DNA of 64,000 bases, taken from contig JALOQK010000003.1 of NCBI GenBank assembly GCA_025453395.1, positions 82,711 through 146,710 of the forward strand. The letters are read 5' to 3'. The notes below the pieces were generated by a model. The model did no database searches. It had not been told where the DNA came from and saw only the letters and a list, made by a program, of their open reading frames with translations. The position numbers and the translations under genes are program-made. Source of the DNA: Candidatus Omnitrophota bacterium. Lineage in GTDB: Bacteria; Omnitrophota; Gorgyraeia; Gygaellales; Profunditerraquicolaceae. Of the stretch, positions 36,783-47,279 are shown one piece after another (position 1 is the first letter of the stretch; every line of letters begins with the position of its first letter).

Positions 36783-38211
36783 GATAACTTTTCTGGCTGT
36801 GCTTATTATTATTTTCTCCGCGGCGTGTGTTTATCTTAATTCACTCTCCGGAGATTTTGTTTGGGACGATTGTCTTCTCATCCGCGATAACGATTCTATT
36901 AACAGCTGGAACATAAAATCAATTTTTTTCGCCGACAGGAATACGTTAAGCCCCGGCATGTATGTCAGTTACCGTCCGCTAGAATCCCTAAGCTATTTAT
37001 TTTCCTATAAACTATGGCAGCTTAATCCAGGAGGTTACCATTTTGTAAGCTTGGTTTTGCATATTTTGGTCGGGGTTTTTATTTTTTTGTTCGTAGGCTT
37101 AGTTTTTTCAGACTACCTGCTTTCTTTTCTGGCGGCCCTATTCTTTGTTGTTCATCCGGCGCATACTGAATCGGTTTCATACATAAGCGCCCGCGCAGAA
37201 CCTTTGGCCTTTTTGTTTATCCTTTTGAGCTTTATATTCTATCTTTCCTGCCGCAAGCGCAATTCAGCTTTTGTTTATGCGGGGATATTTATTTTATCTT
37301 CGCTGGCTTTTTTATCCAAGGAAAGCGCTCTTATCCTGCCGGTATTAGTTATTTTATGGCACCTGGTTTTCAAAGAGTCAATTAAGCCTATTAAGATATT
37401 GCTTATGTTTCTAGCTGGCGCCATATTTATCTTTATCAGACAAAAAGCAACAGGCAGCTTTTTACCATCGGGCACAAGCCTTGCAGTTGTTCTTGAGAGG
37501 ATCCCGGGATTCTTTTCTGCCTTCTCAGGGTATATAAGGATTTTATTCTTTCCCAAAGATCTGCATATGGAATATGGAATAGCGCATTTTAGCATATTAA
37601 GCTATGAGGCGCTTTTGGGTCTGGCAGAATTTATCTTTCTGATTTTTATTATGTACAAATACCGTTGGAATAAGATAATATTTTTCTGCTTGGGATGGTT
37701 TATGTGTGCGCTTATTCCGGTGGCGAATATCATTCCTTTTAATGCAACTTATTACATGGCCGAACACTGGCTGTATGTGCCGTCCTTAGGATTTTTTATT
37801 TTGCTGGCCTACTGTATATGCCGGCTTAAAACAAATTATAGAATTTTGGCTTTGAGCGCGGCATTAATCGTTTTTTGTGTTAGCGCGTATTTGACGTTTA
37901 AGCAAAATACTTACTGGAAAGATGAAATATTTTTTTACAACACCACCCTAAAATATAACCCGCAAAGCGCGCGGGTCTGGTATAATTTAGGCAATAGTTA
38001 TTCGTCCAGGGATGATTATAAAAATGCTGTTCAGGCGTATCAGCAGGCAATACGCCTGAAGCCAGATTATACGCAAGCCTGCTATAACCTGGCGTTGGTT
38101 TACTATTGGCAGAAGGAATTTTCTTTAGCCAAAAAATATTTTCTGGAGGCTAAAAAACTAGGGCATTTAGGAAGAATAGATTCTTTGTTGCAAGGGTATA
38201 AGGCAAAATGA
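36769..38211 (+). CDS. Polytopic membrane protein with C-terminal TPR repeats (PMT/TMTC-like or DUF2723-like glycosyltransferase family)
   Basis: About 11 TM helices. C-terminal 'YNLGNSYSSRDDYKNAVQAYQQAIRLKPDYTQACYNLALVYY' TPR repeats. Confidence 0.45.
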   Translation: MPANKITFLAVLIIIFSAACVYLNSLSGDFVWDDCLLIRDNDSINSWNIKSIFFADRNTLSPGMYVSYRPLESLSYLFSYKLWQLNPGGYHFVSLVLHILVGVFIFLFVGLVFSDYLLSFLAALFFVVHPAHTESVSYISARAEPLAFLFILLSFIFYLSCRKRNSAFVYAGIFILSSLAFLSKESALILPVLVILWHLVFKESIKPIKILLMFLAGAIFIFIRQKATGSFLPSGTSLAVVLERIPGFFSAFSGYIRILFFPKDLHMEYGIAHFSILSYEALLGLAEFIFLIFIMYKYRWNKIIFFCLGWFMCALIPVANIIPFNATYYMAEHWLYVPSLGFFILLAYCICRLKTNYRILALSAALIVFCVSAYLTFKQNTYWKDEIFFYNTTLKYNPQSARVWYNLGNSYSSRDDYKNAVQAYQQAIRLKPDYTQACYNLALVYYWQKEFSLAKKYFLEAKKLGHLGRIDSLLQGYKAK

Positions 38212-38930
38212 AAAAATTAATCGCCTGTTTATTTCTAACATTTGTTTTCTGCGGTATAGGTTTTTGCGGTTCTGTCATCCAGATTATTCAGGACTCCATG
38301 CCTGCGATGGTGATTTTGGAGTCTTATAATGTGCAGATTGTTCAGGGCCAGGACACTTATGTTAAGGATGGCCCCATGCTTGCGGTAGTCAAGCCAGTAG
38401 GTATTTCACAATATACAAGAAAAGGGGGAGGGGTGATAGTTGATCCTTCGGGGCTTATTGTGGCTAACAGCCATACCACCCAGCAGGCAGGACGCGTAAA
38501 GGTTGTTTTGGCGGATAACACCGAATATCAGGCAGAGATTTTGGTTTTCTCTCCAGATGATGATTTGGCAATCTTACGCATTAAGCCGGATGCGCCGTTA
38601 AAGTATATAACTCTTGCAGACATAAACAAGATTAAGTTAGGGGATCCGGTTTACAATGTGGGCAGATCTGATATTTTAAAGGATTCCATAAGCGAAGGCA
38701 AGATTATCGGCATCGGGACAAAGACTGACCCGGCAGATAAAAGCGTCTCCACCCAGATGCTAAAAATAGATTTTAATGTTTATCAGGGCGACAGCGGCGG
38801 CCCGGTGCTTAATAAGGACGGAGAGCTTCTGGGCCTTATTTTGGGCGGGTCAGTTACTTCCGGCAGATTAGCCTTGGCAGTTCCCTCTAACAAAATCAAA
38901 AAGTATCTCGATGATGCGCTTTCCAGGTGA
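38208..38930 (+). CDS. Secreted trypsin-like serine protease (S1 family, no PDZ)
   Basis: Signal peptide, 'GDSGGPVLNKDGELLGLILGG' catalytic Ser block, His/Asp blocks upstream. Confidence 0.7.
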   Translation: MKKLIACLFLTFVFCGIGFCGSVIQIIQDSMPAMVILESYNVQIVQGQDTYVKDGPMLAVVKPVGISQYTRKGGGVIVDPSGLIVANSHTTQQAGRVKVVLADNTEYQAEILVFSPDDDLAILRIKPDAPLKYITLADINKIKLGDPVYNVGRSDILKDSISEGKIIGIGTKTDPADKSVSTQMLKIDFNVYQGDSGGPVLNKDGELLGLILGGSVTSGRLALAVPSNKIKKYLDDALSR

Positions 38931-38986
38931 GTAGGTTATTTTGGCCTTGCTGCCGCGCAGATTCATAGGTATAATAAATCCCACTT

Positions 38987-40366
38987 ATGGCTAAATATAT
39001 AAAATTCATACCCACATTTCTATTTTTGATCTTTTTTGCTGCATTGGCGTTGGCTCAAACCCCATCAGGATTCCCGGAAATATCTTTTTCTCCAGAAGAC
39101 AGGGTACTTATCCTGGCTCCTCACCCCGACGATGAGACCATAGCTTGCGCCGGAGTAATCCAAAGGGCGCGCAGTATGAATATACCGGTAGAGGTAGTGC
39201 TTTTTACCGCAGGCGACAACAATCAATGGTCTTTTCTTGTTTACCGCAAGCATCCGGTTTTTTTCCCCAAGGCAGTTCAGAATCTTGGGCTGCTGCGTTA
39301 TGCGGAGTCAATTGTCTCAGGGGCCTTTTTGGGAATCCCCGAAGAAAATATTATTCTTCTGGGCTATCCGGATTTTAAAACCCTGAATATCTGGTATGCT
39401 AATTGGGGAGACAATCCTCCTGTAAAAAGCCTCTTGACCAATGTGCGCGCGGTGCCCTATAAAAATGCTTTTCGTCCCGGGGCCGCCTATAAAGGCGATG
39501 ATATATTGCGTGATTTAAAAACCATCATCAGAGAGTTTAAGCCTACCAAAATATTTGTCTCTCATCCCGCAGACCATAATCCCGACCACCGTTCGCTGTA
39601 TCTATTTTGCCGGGTTGCTCTCTGGGACCTGGAGGGTGAGGTTGCCCCGCAAGTTTTTCCGTATTTGGTGCATTTTAAGAATTGGCCTAAGCCCTCGGCA
39701 TATCGTCCGGAAATGAAAATAATTCCGCCGGCCTTCTTTAAAAATAATGTCAATTGGCAGGAATTAGCATTGACTGCCGAGCAGATAAAGAATAAAACCT
39801 CGGCCGTAGAAAAACACAATTCTCAATATAAATCCAGCAAGAATTACCTTCTTTCTTTTGTCAGGAGCAATGAATTATTCGGGGACTATCCGGTTTTGAA
39901 ATTGCGCAGTTCCTCAGCTAATGAGGATTTTTTAATTTCAGAGGCAGGCGAAGAAATTGAAATACCCGAACAACTTGAAAATAAGGAGAGAGTTTCTTTT
40001 GTGGGGCTTCAATCCAGCTCTGTGCACGTAGAGAAAGATCAGCTTGTGATAAAGCTTGAATTTTCCAGGCCCCTAGGCAGGCAGACAGCGGCGTCTTTGC
40101 ACGTTTTTGGTTACCGGCATGACCGCGAGTTTAGCCAGATGCCCAAGATTCACGTCAAATACGGGATGCTTTGGTATAAAATATTTGATCAAACCAGGCA
40201 ATTAAGATCTAAAATATTTAAGGTAGTGCGTAAAAATAAGCAAACAACAGTCTATATTCCCCTAAAGGTCCTGGGGGATCCGGAAAAAATCCTCATTGGT
40301 TCACACACCTATCTTGGTGCGGTTCCCCTTGACTGGGTGGCCTGGCGCGCGGTAGAGATTAATTAA
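38987..40366 (+). CDS. Secreted PIG-L/LmbE-family N-acetylglucosaminyl deacetylase with C-terminal extension
   Basis: Signal peptide. 'LAPHPDDETIACAG' is the PIG-L Zn-binding motif. 'HPADHNPDH'. Confidence 0.7.
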   Translation: MAKYIKFIPTFLFLIFFAALALAQTPSGFPEISFSPEDRVLILAPHPDDETIACAGVIQRARSMNIPVEVVLFTAGDNNQWSFLVYRKHPVFFPKAVQNLGLLRYAESIVSGAFLGIPEENIILLGYPDFKTLNIWYANWGDNPPVKSLLTNVRAVPYKNAFRPGAAYKGDDILRDLKTIIREFKPTKIFVSHPADHNPDHRSLYLFCRVALWDLEGEVAPQVFPYLVHFKNWPKPSAYRPEMKIIPPAFFKNNVNWQELALTAEQIKNKTSAVEKHNSQYKSSKNYLLSFVRSNELFGDYPVLKLRSSSANEDFLISEAGEEIEIPEQLENKERVSFVGLQSSSVHVEKDQLVIKLEFSRPLGRQTAASLHVFGYRHDREFSQMPKIHVKYGMLWYKIFDQTRQLRSKIFKVVRKNKQTTVYIPLKVLGDPEKILIGSHTYLGAVPLDWVAWRAVEIN

Positions 40367-41889
40367 AAATTTCTGTCCAAGCAGCGATATTGTACCGCTT
40401 CTGAGAGGTGTTCGGTTTTTATATCTTCTGATCCTGCCAAGTCCGCAATCGTCCTTGAAACCTTCAAGATTTTATCATAGGCTCGGGCGCTGAAATTAAG
40501 CTCTGTAATGGCTGATTTGAGTAATTCATTTTCATCTTTTCCTAAAAAACAAAATTTTCTTACCTGTTTGTGGTTCATTTGGGCGTTGTGAAAAATATTT
40601 TCATTTTGAAAACGCCCAAGCTGTATGCTGCGGGCTTTATTGATTCGTTTTTTAATGTCTGCTGAACTTTCTGCCGGCAGGCTACTTGAAAATTCCTGAT
40701 ATCTGGCAGCAGGCACATCTATATGAATATCAATTCTGTCTAAAAGCGGCCCCGAAATTCTTCCGATATAATTTTGGACTTTGCTGGTTCCGCAGCGGCA
40801 GACTTTTTTGGGATGGGTCAGATACCCGCACGGGCAAGGGTTCATTGCTGCCACAAGCATAAATGAGGCCGGGAAGGTAAAAAATTTGTTTGCCCGGGAA
40901 ATACGGATGATGCGCTCTTCAAGCGGCTGGCGCAGTGCCTCAAGGCAGTCGCGGTGAAATTCCGGAAGCTCATCAAGAAATAATACGCCTTGATGCGCTA
41001 AGCTTATTTCTCCGGGCCGGATAGAAGAGCCTCCTCCAACTAAAGCGATATTGGAGGCGGTATGATGCGGGTTTCTAAAGGGCCGCCTTCCGATGAATCC
41101 CTCTTCAGAATCGATCATGCCGGCCACAGAATGGATTTTAGTTACTTCAAGCGCCTCTTGCAGTGTTAGCTGCGGCATAATGCCGGGGATGCGCCCGGCA
41201 AGCATGGATTTGCCGCTTCCCGGGGGGCCGATCATCAGGATATTATGCCCTCCGGCAACCGCCACTTCAATGGCGCGTTTGGCCAGAAACTGTCCTTTGA
41301 CTTCAGAAAAATCCAGAGGGTAAACCGCGCCTTGTTTAAAAATGCCGCAGGTGTCTAATTTATACGGTAACCTAAATTCAGGGTTATGTAAAAGCTCTAT
41401 AGCCTCACACAGGGTGCTTACCGGCAGGGCATTTATCTGTTCTACTAGCGCAGCCTCTTTGGCATTAGCAATAGGAAGGACTAATTTGTATATCTTTCTG
41501 TTTGGCATGGCCATGGCTATGGGAAGCGCCCCGGAAATTCTTCTTAATGCGCCCTCAAGCGACAACTCTCCTAAGAAGCAGAATTCTTCCAGATATTTTG
41601 TATTTATTTGGGCGCTTGAGCCTAAGATTCCGATGGCAATCGCCAGGTCAAAATAAGAACCTTCTTTGCGTATATCAGAGGGAGCCAGGTTCACCGTGAT
41701 TTTTTCTGACGGCCACTTGTAACCGGAGTTTTTAATCGCTGCTTTTACCCTTTCCTTGCTTTCTTTGACTGCGGTGTCTGCCAGGCCAATAATGTTAGTG
41801 AAGGGCAGCCCCCTTGTAACATCTACTTCTATTTCAACAGGATATGCTTCTGTGGCAAAAAGCCCCCAGCCGCAAACTTTAGTTAACAT
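40363..41889 (-). CDS. YifB/ComM-family Mg-chelatase-like AAA+ ATPase
   Basis: N-terminal Lon-protease-like domain, 'MIGPPGSGKSML' Walker A, 'VLFLDELPEF' Walker B, C-terminal 'Mg_chelatase_C' block. Confidence 0.85.
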   Translation of the reverse strand: MLTKVCGWGLFATEAYPVEIEVDVTRGLPFTNIIGLADTAVKESKERVKAAIKNSGYKWPSEKITVNLAPSDIRKEGSYFDLAIAIGILGSSAQINTKYLEEFCFLGELSLEGALRRISGALPIAMAMPNRKIYKLVLPIANAKEAALVEQINALPVSTLCEAIELLHNPEFRLPYKLDTCGIFKQGAVYPLDFSEVKGQFLAKRAIEVAVAGGHNILMIGPPGSGKSMLAGRIPGIMPQLTLQEALEVTKIHSVAGMIDSEEGFIGRRPFRNPHHTASNIALVGGGSSIRPGEISLAHQGVLFLDELPEFHRDCLEALRQPLEERIIRISRANKFFTFPASFMLVAAMNPCPCGYLTHPKKVCRCGTSKVQNYIGRISGPLLDRIDIHIDVPAARYQEFSSSLPAESSADIKKRINKARSIQLGRFQNENIFHNAQMNHKQVRKFCFLGKDENELLKSAITELNFSARAYDKILKVSRTIADLAGSEDIKTEHLSEAVQYRCLDRNF

Positions 41890-41950
41890 ATAATTCTCCT
41901 TTCTTATTTAATAGACGCATAAAGGGGGACAAATCTTACAAGAAAAACAC

Positions 41951-41979
41951 TTGCTTTTTAGGTGGCCGTTTTATATAAT
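41951..41979 (+). promoter_or_regulatory. Sigma70-type promoter TTGCTT-N17-TATAAT for the coiled-coil protein gene
   Basis: Read directly. -35 at 41951-41956, -10 at 41974-41979. Confidence 0.45.
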
Positions 41980-42030
41980 AATACAACTATTAATTGATAG
42001 TATAAGCAGGGTAAATCCAGAGGAGAAAAT

Positions 42031-42669
42031 ATGGGCGGCCCTTTTAGCTTTAAGAAGTTGGTAGTTATTCTATCAGTAACTATCGCTGCTTTCACAAGTT
42101 ACAAATATTTTTCCTCTTTGAAAGAACATTATGGGCTGGTTGAGGAATTAGACACCATGCACCAGGAGCTTTCCGGCTTAAGCAGCGATAAAAACAAGGC
42201 CTTAAAAAAGATAGAAGATCAAAATCAGGCATTGCAGGATTTAAAAACTCAAAATCAGGGTTTAGCTGAAGATTTAAAAATTGCGCAGGATAATTTATCC
42301 CAAGCAAATGACGAGCTTTCCCAGGCTAAGGATAGTTTAGGCAAAACCGAAGCGCGTGCCGCAGGCCTAGAGCAGGAAAATACGCAGTTAAAAGCTGATA
42401 ATCAGAAATTAAAAGTTGACGCTGACAATCTGGCCCAAGAGAACGCCTCATTAAAAGTTAAATTAAGCTCGGTTCAGGAATTAAAAAAGGCAATCCGTGA
42501 GCTTAAGCTGCAGGCGCGTCAGGTTGGAAAAGCGATCATGGCTAAGGCGGTTGAGCCATCTTTAGGAGCAACAGTTGCTGAAGGTAATCGAGGGTTTGTA
42601 ATCAAGGAAGGCAAGTCCACATATTCCGCCCAAGTTAATATTCAGGTCGTTCCTGCCAGCGGGCAATAA
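42031..42669 (+). CDS. Membrane-anchored coiled-coil protein (function unknown)
   Basis: N-terminal TM followed by Q/N/L-rich heptad repeats (QNQALQDLKTQNQGLAEDLK...). Confidence 0.4.
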   Translation: MGGPFSFKKLVVILSVTIAAFTSYKYFSSLKEHYGLVEELDTMHQELSGLSSDKNKALKKIEDQNQALQDLKTQNQGLAEDLKIAQDNLSQANDELSQAKDSLGKTEARAAGLEQENTQLKADNQKLKVDADNLAQENASLKVKLSSVQELKKAIRELKLQARQVGKAIMAKAVEPSLGATVAEGNRGFVIKEGKSTYSAQVNIQVVPASGQ

Positions 42670-42674
42670 CACAG

Positions 42675-43121
42675 ATGAAAGACATTTTTTTTCAGATATC
42701 GCACAATAAAATTTTCCTAAATACGCTTCTTACCTGGATTATAGCGCAGACTATAAAAGTTTTAATCGGGGTAGCGCGTTATAAGAAAATAGATTTCCGC
42801 TGGTTTGTCGGTACAGGGGGCATGCCTTCAAGCCACGCGGCAGGGGCCTCTTGTCTGGCGACAAGCGTAGGTTTAAATTGCGGTTTTGACAGCGCGTATT
42901 TTGCTTTGGCAGCAGCCTTCGCGCTTGTGGTCATGTTTGATGCCCAAGGGGTGCGCCGTTCCAGCGGTAAACAGGCGCGGATACTTAATTTCATCATGGA
43001 AGATATATACTGGAAAGGCAAGATCAACGAAGGGCGTTTGCGCGAACTTATCGGGCACACTCCGGTTGAGGTTATAGCGGGATTTCTATTAGGCGTGCTA
43101 ATAGGTTACTGGGCTAATTAA
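42675..43121 (+). CDS. DUF212 / divergent PAP2 (acid phosphatase / vanadium haloperoxidase-related) membrane protein
   Basis: 'GMPSSHAA' (PSGH-type motif) and 'DAQGVRR'. Size and TM layout typical of the YuiD-like DUF212 family. Confidence 0.6.
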   Translation: MKDIFFQISHNKIFLNTLLTWIIAQTIKVLIGVARYKKIDFRWFVGTGGMPSSHAAGASCLATSVGLNCGFDSAYFALAAAFALVVMFDAQGVRRSSGKQARILNFIMEDIYWKGKINEGRLRELIGHTPVEVIAGFLLGVLIGYWAN

Positions 43122-43133
43122 AGGGGGCACAGG

Positions 43134-43940
43134 GTGAAGAAAATTATCACTTTAGCGGTTATTATTTTAATTGTAGCAGCGTCGGGATTGCTTATTTTCA
43201 AGATCGCCTCGCGCGCGCAAGCAAAACAATGCGCGGCAGGTTCCCTGTCGGATTTATTGGCCAAGGCCAAACAGGCTGAAGCATCACGGGATTATCTGGC
43301 GGCCAAGGATGCCTACCAAAAAATAATTGAAGGTTTTCCTTCCTCGCGGGACCTAATCCTATGGCAGAAGAAACTGGAAGAATTAAGCATCAAGATTATT
43401 GTTTCTGATATCTCTGTGCCGCAGTCCGTTGTTTATGAAGTAAAATCCGGGGATACCCTTGTAAAGATCGCGCGTGATTTTAAGACAACCGTAGAGTTAA
43501 TAAAGAAAAGCAATAATTTAAGCACCGACAAAATCGTTTTGGGCCAGAAATTAAGGGTTTGGAACTCCGCGTTTAATATCTTAGTTGATAAGTCTCAAAA
43601 CCTGCTTACTTTGCAGAATATGAATGAGGTGGTTAAGACATACACTGTGTCAACCGGGGCGAATAATTGTACGCCTGTGGGCACGTTTAAGATTGTTAAT
43701 AAAATAGTTGATCCGACTTGGTATAAAGCTGGGGCAGTGGTTGCTTCAGGGGCCCCCGAAAATATATTAGGCACGCGCTGGATGGGGCTTGATCTTAAAA
43801 GCTATGGAATCCATGGCACCACAGAGCCTAAGAATTTAGGCAAGCAGGTGACTGCTGGCTGTGTGCGCATGGCCAATCCCGAAGTAGAAGAGCTTTACAC
43901 GATTGTTCCGGTTGGGACAGAAGTAACTATCGTAGATTAA
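43134..43940 (+). CDS. LysM-domain L,D-transpeptidase (YkuD family)
   Basis: LysM '[29 protein letters not shown]'. Catalytic 'HGT...[13 protein letters not shown]'. Confidence 0.8.
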   Translation: MKKIITLAVIILIVAASGLLIFKIASRAQAKQCAAGSLSDLLAKAKQAEASRDYLAAKDAYQKIIEGFPSSRDLILWQKKLEELSIKIIVSDISVPQSVVYEVKSGDTLVKIARDFKTTVELIKKSNNLSTDKIVLGQKLRVWNSAFNILVDKSQNLLTLQNMNEVVKTYTVSTGANNCTPVGTFKIVNKIVDPTWYKAGAVVASGAPENILGTRWMGLDLKSYGIHGTTEPKNLGKQVTAGCVRMANPEVEELYTIVPVGTEVTIVD

Positions 43941-43983
43941 GAACGAGGATAAACTTTTTACTTTTAACTTTTTACTTTTAACT

Positions 43984-44937
43984 TTGACTATGGCAGGACT
44001 TGATTTTGAGAAACCAATTTTAGAGCTCGAGAAGAAAATTCATGAATTAACGCATTTTGCTTCGGATAAGAAGATCGATATCTCAAGCGAAGTCAAGAAA
44101 CTACAGGAGAAGCTTGAGGATTTAAAGAAACATACCTATACAAGCCTGACGCCTTGGCAGAGAGTTCAGATCGCCCGCCACCCCCAAAGGCCGTATACTT
44201 TAGATTATATCAGTATGATTGCCACGGATTTCTTAGAGCTGCATGGCGATCGCACATTTTCCGACGATATGGCTATTGTGTCGGGGGTTGCTAAAATAGA
44301 TAATCAAAAAGTAGTGATTATGGGTCATCAAAAAGGAAGAGACACAAAAGAAAATTTGCTGCGTAATTTTGGCTGTGCCCATCCCGAAGGGTACAGGAAG
44401 GCCTTGAGGATGATGCAATTAGCTGAAAAGTTTGGCCTGCCGGTTGTGATCTTTATTGATACCCCGGGCGCTTATCCGGGTATAGGCGCGGAAGAGAGGG
44501 GCCAGGCGCAGGCGATCGCGGTTAATTTAAAAGAAATGACTGTTATCGGCTCCCCCATAATTTCTATTGTTATTGGAGAAGGCGGTTCAGGCGGGGCCCT
44601 TGGCATTGGAGTAGCGGATAAAGTTTGTGTTTTGGAAAATTCTTATTATTCGGTTATTTCTCCTGAAGGCTGCGCCGCTATATTATGGAAAAGCGGCACT
44701 AAAGCCCCGCAGGCGGCAGAGGTATTGAAATTAACCGCGCAGGACCTTTTAGGCTTTGGAATTATAGACCAGATAATCTCAGAGCCGTTGGGAGGGGCGC
44801 ATCGTGATCCCCAAAAAACCGCCCAAAATATCAAAGAGGTTATCGTAAAGGCCTTAAAGGATTTCAAATCCCATTCTATGCAAGAACTTCTGGAAGCAAG
44901 ATATAGAAAATTCCGCACTATCGGCGCCTTGGCATGA
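43984..44937 (+). CDS. accA: Acetyl-CoA carboxylase carboxyltransferase alpha subunit
   Basis: '[17 protein letters not shown]', '[48 protein letters not shown]', '[10 protein letters not shown]' are invariant AccA blocks. Confidence 0.9.
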   Translation: MTMAGLDFEKPILELEKKIHELTHFASDKKIDISSEVKKLQEKLEDLKKHTYTSLTPWQRVQIARHPQRPYTLDYISMIATDFLELHGDRTFSDDMAIVSGVAKIDNQKVVIMGHQKGRDTKENLLRNFGCAHPEGYRKALRMMQLAEKFGLPVVIFIDTPGAYPGIGAEERGQAQAIAVNLKEMTVIGSPIISIVIGEGGSGGALGIGVADKVCVLENSYYSVISPEGCAAILWKSGTKAPQAAEVLKLTAQDLLGFGIIDQIISEPLGGAHRDPQKTAQNIKEVIVKALKDFKSHSMQELLEARYRKFRTIGALA

Positions 44938-45452
44938 TTGAAAATGAAATGATCCTTCTGGGGCTTTTAAAAGAAAGCCCAAAGCACGGCTATGAAATTA
45001 AGAAAGCAGTCAAAGAGATCCTTTCTTTGGTTGCCGGGATTCATTTTAAATCCATATATTATCCCTTAATGGTCCTAGAGAAAAATGGCCTTATTTCCAG
45101 GCGCGCAAGCAAGAAAGGCAATAGGCCTCTAAGGGTGGTTTATGAGCTTACCTCTAAGGGGCATGCCCGTTTTGAACAGCTTCTTTCACAAAGCTTCTTA
45201 AGACTGCAGAGGCCGAAATTCAGCCTTGATACCAGCCTGTTTTTTCTGCAATATCTGGATCCCGCATTAGCTAAGCGCAGCCTCAAGGTGCGCATGCGTA
45301 TCTTGGACAGGCTTCAGTATGATCTAAAAAAGATGATCTCTTCTTTGGGGCAGGATATTCCATCTTCATGGGCGCATATTCTTGAGCATAATCTGCAGAT
45401 GCTTCAGGCAGAATCAAGATTCCTCTCCGGGCTTATCCAGTCTCTTGCCTAA
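44934..45452 (+). CDS. PadR-family transcriptional regulator
   Basis: '[20 protein letters not shown]...[16 protein letters not shown]' winged-helix PadR pattern. Confidence 0.75.
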   Translation: MIENEMILLGLLKESPKHGYEIKKAVKEILSLVAGIHFKSIYYPLMVLEKNGLISRRASKKGNRPLRVVYELTSKGHARFEQLLSQSFLRLQRPKFSLDTSLFFLQYLDPALAKRSLKVRMRILDRLQYDLKKMISSLGQDIPSSWAHILEHNLQMLQAESRFLSGLIQSLA

Positions 45453-45547
45453 AAGATTCTTAAATATCTTTCTTGACAAAGCGTGTTTCTTAAGATATGC
45501 TTTACTTAGTTTATAGTTAATATAGTTAAATATTAAGGAGATTAATA

Positions 45548-46003
45548 GTGCCCTTGCTTTCTGTCGATCAGTTTGCCGCCCGGATGTCTGAGGCGATACC
45601 GGTGATCATGAAGGAATTCGCCCGCAGGCACCTTGTGGACATCTGTCATGAGAAGATCACCCTGCCGCAGATGCTTATTTTAAATGCCCTGCATACCAGA
45701 GGCGAAGTCAAGATGAAGGATCTGGCGATATGTTTGCGGGTGAGCATGCCGGCCATGACCGGGATTATCAGCAGATTAGTGCGGGATAAATATTGTCAAA
45801 GGGTATACCAAGAACAAGACAGAAGGATTATTAAGGTAAGGCTTACTGCCAAGGGAGAAGCCTTTTTAGAAAAGGTTAACGCCGGACGCAAACAGATGAT
45901 CCTTAAGGTGTTTAGTAAAATATCAGATAAGGACAGGCAGGATTATCTGCGCATTATTACGCAGATAAAAGATATACTAATTAAGGGCCAAGATGAACAA
46001 TAA
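45548..46003 (+). CDS. MarR-family transcriptional regulator (first gene of efflux operon; GTG start)
   Basis: 'LPQMLILNALHTRGEVKMKDLAICLRVSMPAMTGIISRLVRDKY...DRRIIKVRLTAKGEAF' MarR wHTH. Confidence 0.8.
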   Translation: MPLLSVDQFAARMSEAIPVIMKEFARRHLVDICHEKITLPQMLILNALHTRGEVKMKDLAICLRVSMPAMTGIISRLVRDKYCQRVYQEQDRRIIKVRLTAKGEAFLEKVNAGRKQMILKVFSKISDKDRQDYLRIITQIKDILIKGQDEQ

Positions 46004-47261
46004 ATTAATATGCGTATTTTTATTATTCCTGTTTATTCCCTGTTTCTTGCGGGCGGCAGAAGTTTCGCTTGATATCCAAGAGGCGGTGGGCTTAGCCTTA
46101 AGGCAAAACCGCGATATTGCTTTGCAGTCGCAGCAGGTAATGAAAGCCAAAGCAAAGATTAAAGAAGCGCAAGCGGGGCTTCTTCCTGCTTTAAGCGTAA
46201 GCCAGACTTTTATGCTTGTCAGAGGCGCGTATGGAAAAGATTTTTCAAATCTTACCGGCCAGGCTACGATTAAGCAGAAAATTTACACAGGCGGATTGGT
46301 TACTAATACCATTAAATACAACGGCATTGATTTTCAAATTCAAGAGGCGCTTTTAGATAAAGCCAATATGGATACTGCCTGGGCAGTGAAAAAGGCATTT
46401 TACGCTTTAGTTTTAAGCGCCAAATTAAAAACCTTAAACCAGAAGATTTTGGAAAATACTCAGAAGCATCTGGATTATCTTCAGGCCCGTTATCAGAATG
46501 GGCAGGCCTCTGAATCCGAGATTATAAAGTTAGAATCTTCTTTATCTGGCGTTAAGAAAGAGTACGAAGTGTCTTTGAATCAAGAAGAACAGGCCAGGCA
46601 TATATTAACTAATTTGCTGGTTATTTCAAGCGATGTTATAATAAAGCCGCAGGGCGATTTTGTTTATAACCCCCGTCAGGCGGCTTTTGACGAAGCGCTC
46701 TTGGAGGCGGTGAAAAACCGGCCCGAGGTGCGTCAATATCGGCTGGGGGAGAAAGCCGCCCAAGTTAATGTGGACCTTAATCGTGCCGGGAATAAGCCGA
46801 CTGTATATGCCTCTTGGGATTATTATAACAGCTCTCATGCTGCCGCGGGGACAAGCAAAAACTGGCAGGATTCCAATATTCTGGGGATCACATTTTCCTG
46901 GCCGATATTTGACGGCGGTTTGACTAAGGCCAAGATTGAAGAGGCATTGGTGGATTTAAAGAAGGCGCAGATACTCAAAGATAAAATAATAAGCGACATC
47001 GGCCTGGAATTAAAAGAGGCTTATCTTAATCTAAAAAGCTCTCTATGGCGGGTAGAGGCAGCAGATCAAGACGCGCGCGCTTATAAAGATAATCTTTCTG
47101 TGGTTAATGCGAAGTACAAGCAGGGTTTAGCCAGTACGCTTGATGAAGATGACGCGCTTTTGAAATACGAGATTGCGAATTTTAATTATGAGCAGGCAGT
47201 TTACGGTTATTTAACGGCAAGAGAAGATTTTAATAAGGCAACTGGATCTTCGGAAATATAG
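45993..47261 (+). CDS. TolC-like outer-membrane efflux protein (OEP family)
   Basis: Signal peptide. Two OEP repeats with 'ALRQNRDIALQ' and 'LLEAVKNRPEV' starts. Confidence 0.8.
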   Translation: MNNKLICVFLLFLFIPCFLRAAEVSLDIQEAVGLALRQNRDIALQSQQVMKAKAKIKEAQAGLLPALSVSQTFMLVRGAYGKDFSNLTGQATIKQKIYTGGLVTNTIKYNGIDFQIQEALLDKANMDTAWAVKKAFYALVLSAKLKTLNQKILENTQKHLDYLQARYQNGQASESEIIKLESSLSGVKKEYEVSLNQEEQARHILTNLLVISSDVIIKPQGDFVYNPRQAAFDEALLEAVKNRPEVRQYRLGEKAAQVNVDLNRAGNKPTVYASWDYYNSSHAAAGTSKNWQDSNILGITFSWPIFDGGLTKAKIEEALVDLKKAQILKDKIISDIGLELKEAYLNLKSSLWRVEAADQDARAYKDNLSVVNAKYKQGLASTLDEDDALLKYEIANFNYEQAVYGYLTAREDFNKATGSSEI

Positions 47262-47279
47262 CTTTTTAGGAGAATAAAA

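Noticed and set aside
43950-43990. Short direct repeat 'acttttaacttt' x2-3 upstream of accA
   Set aside because: Only about 2.5 units in an AT-rich spacer, within the range of chance. Possibly part of the accA promoter but nothing distinctive.
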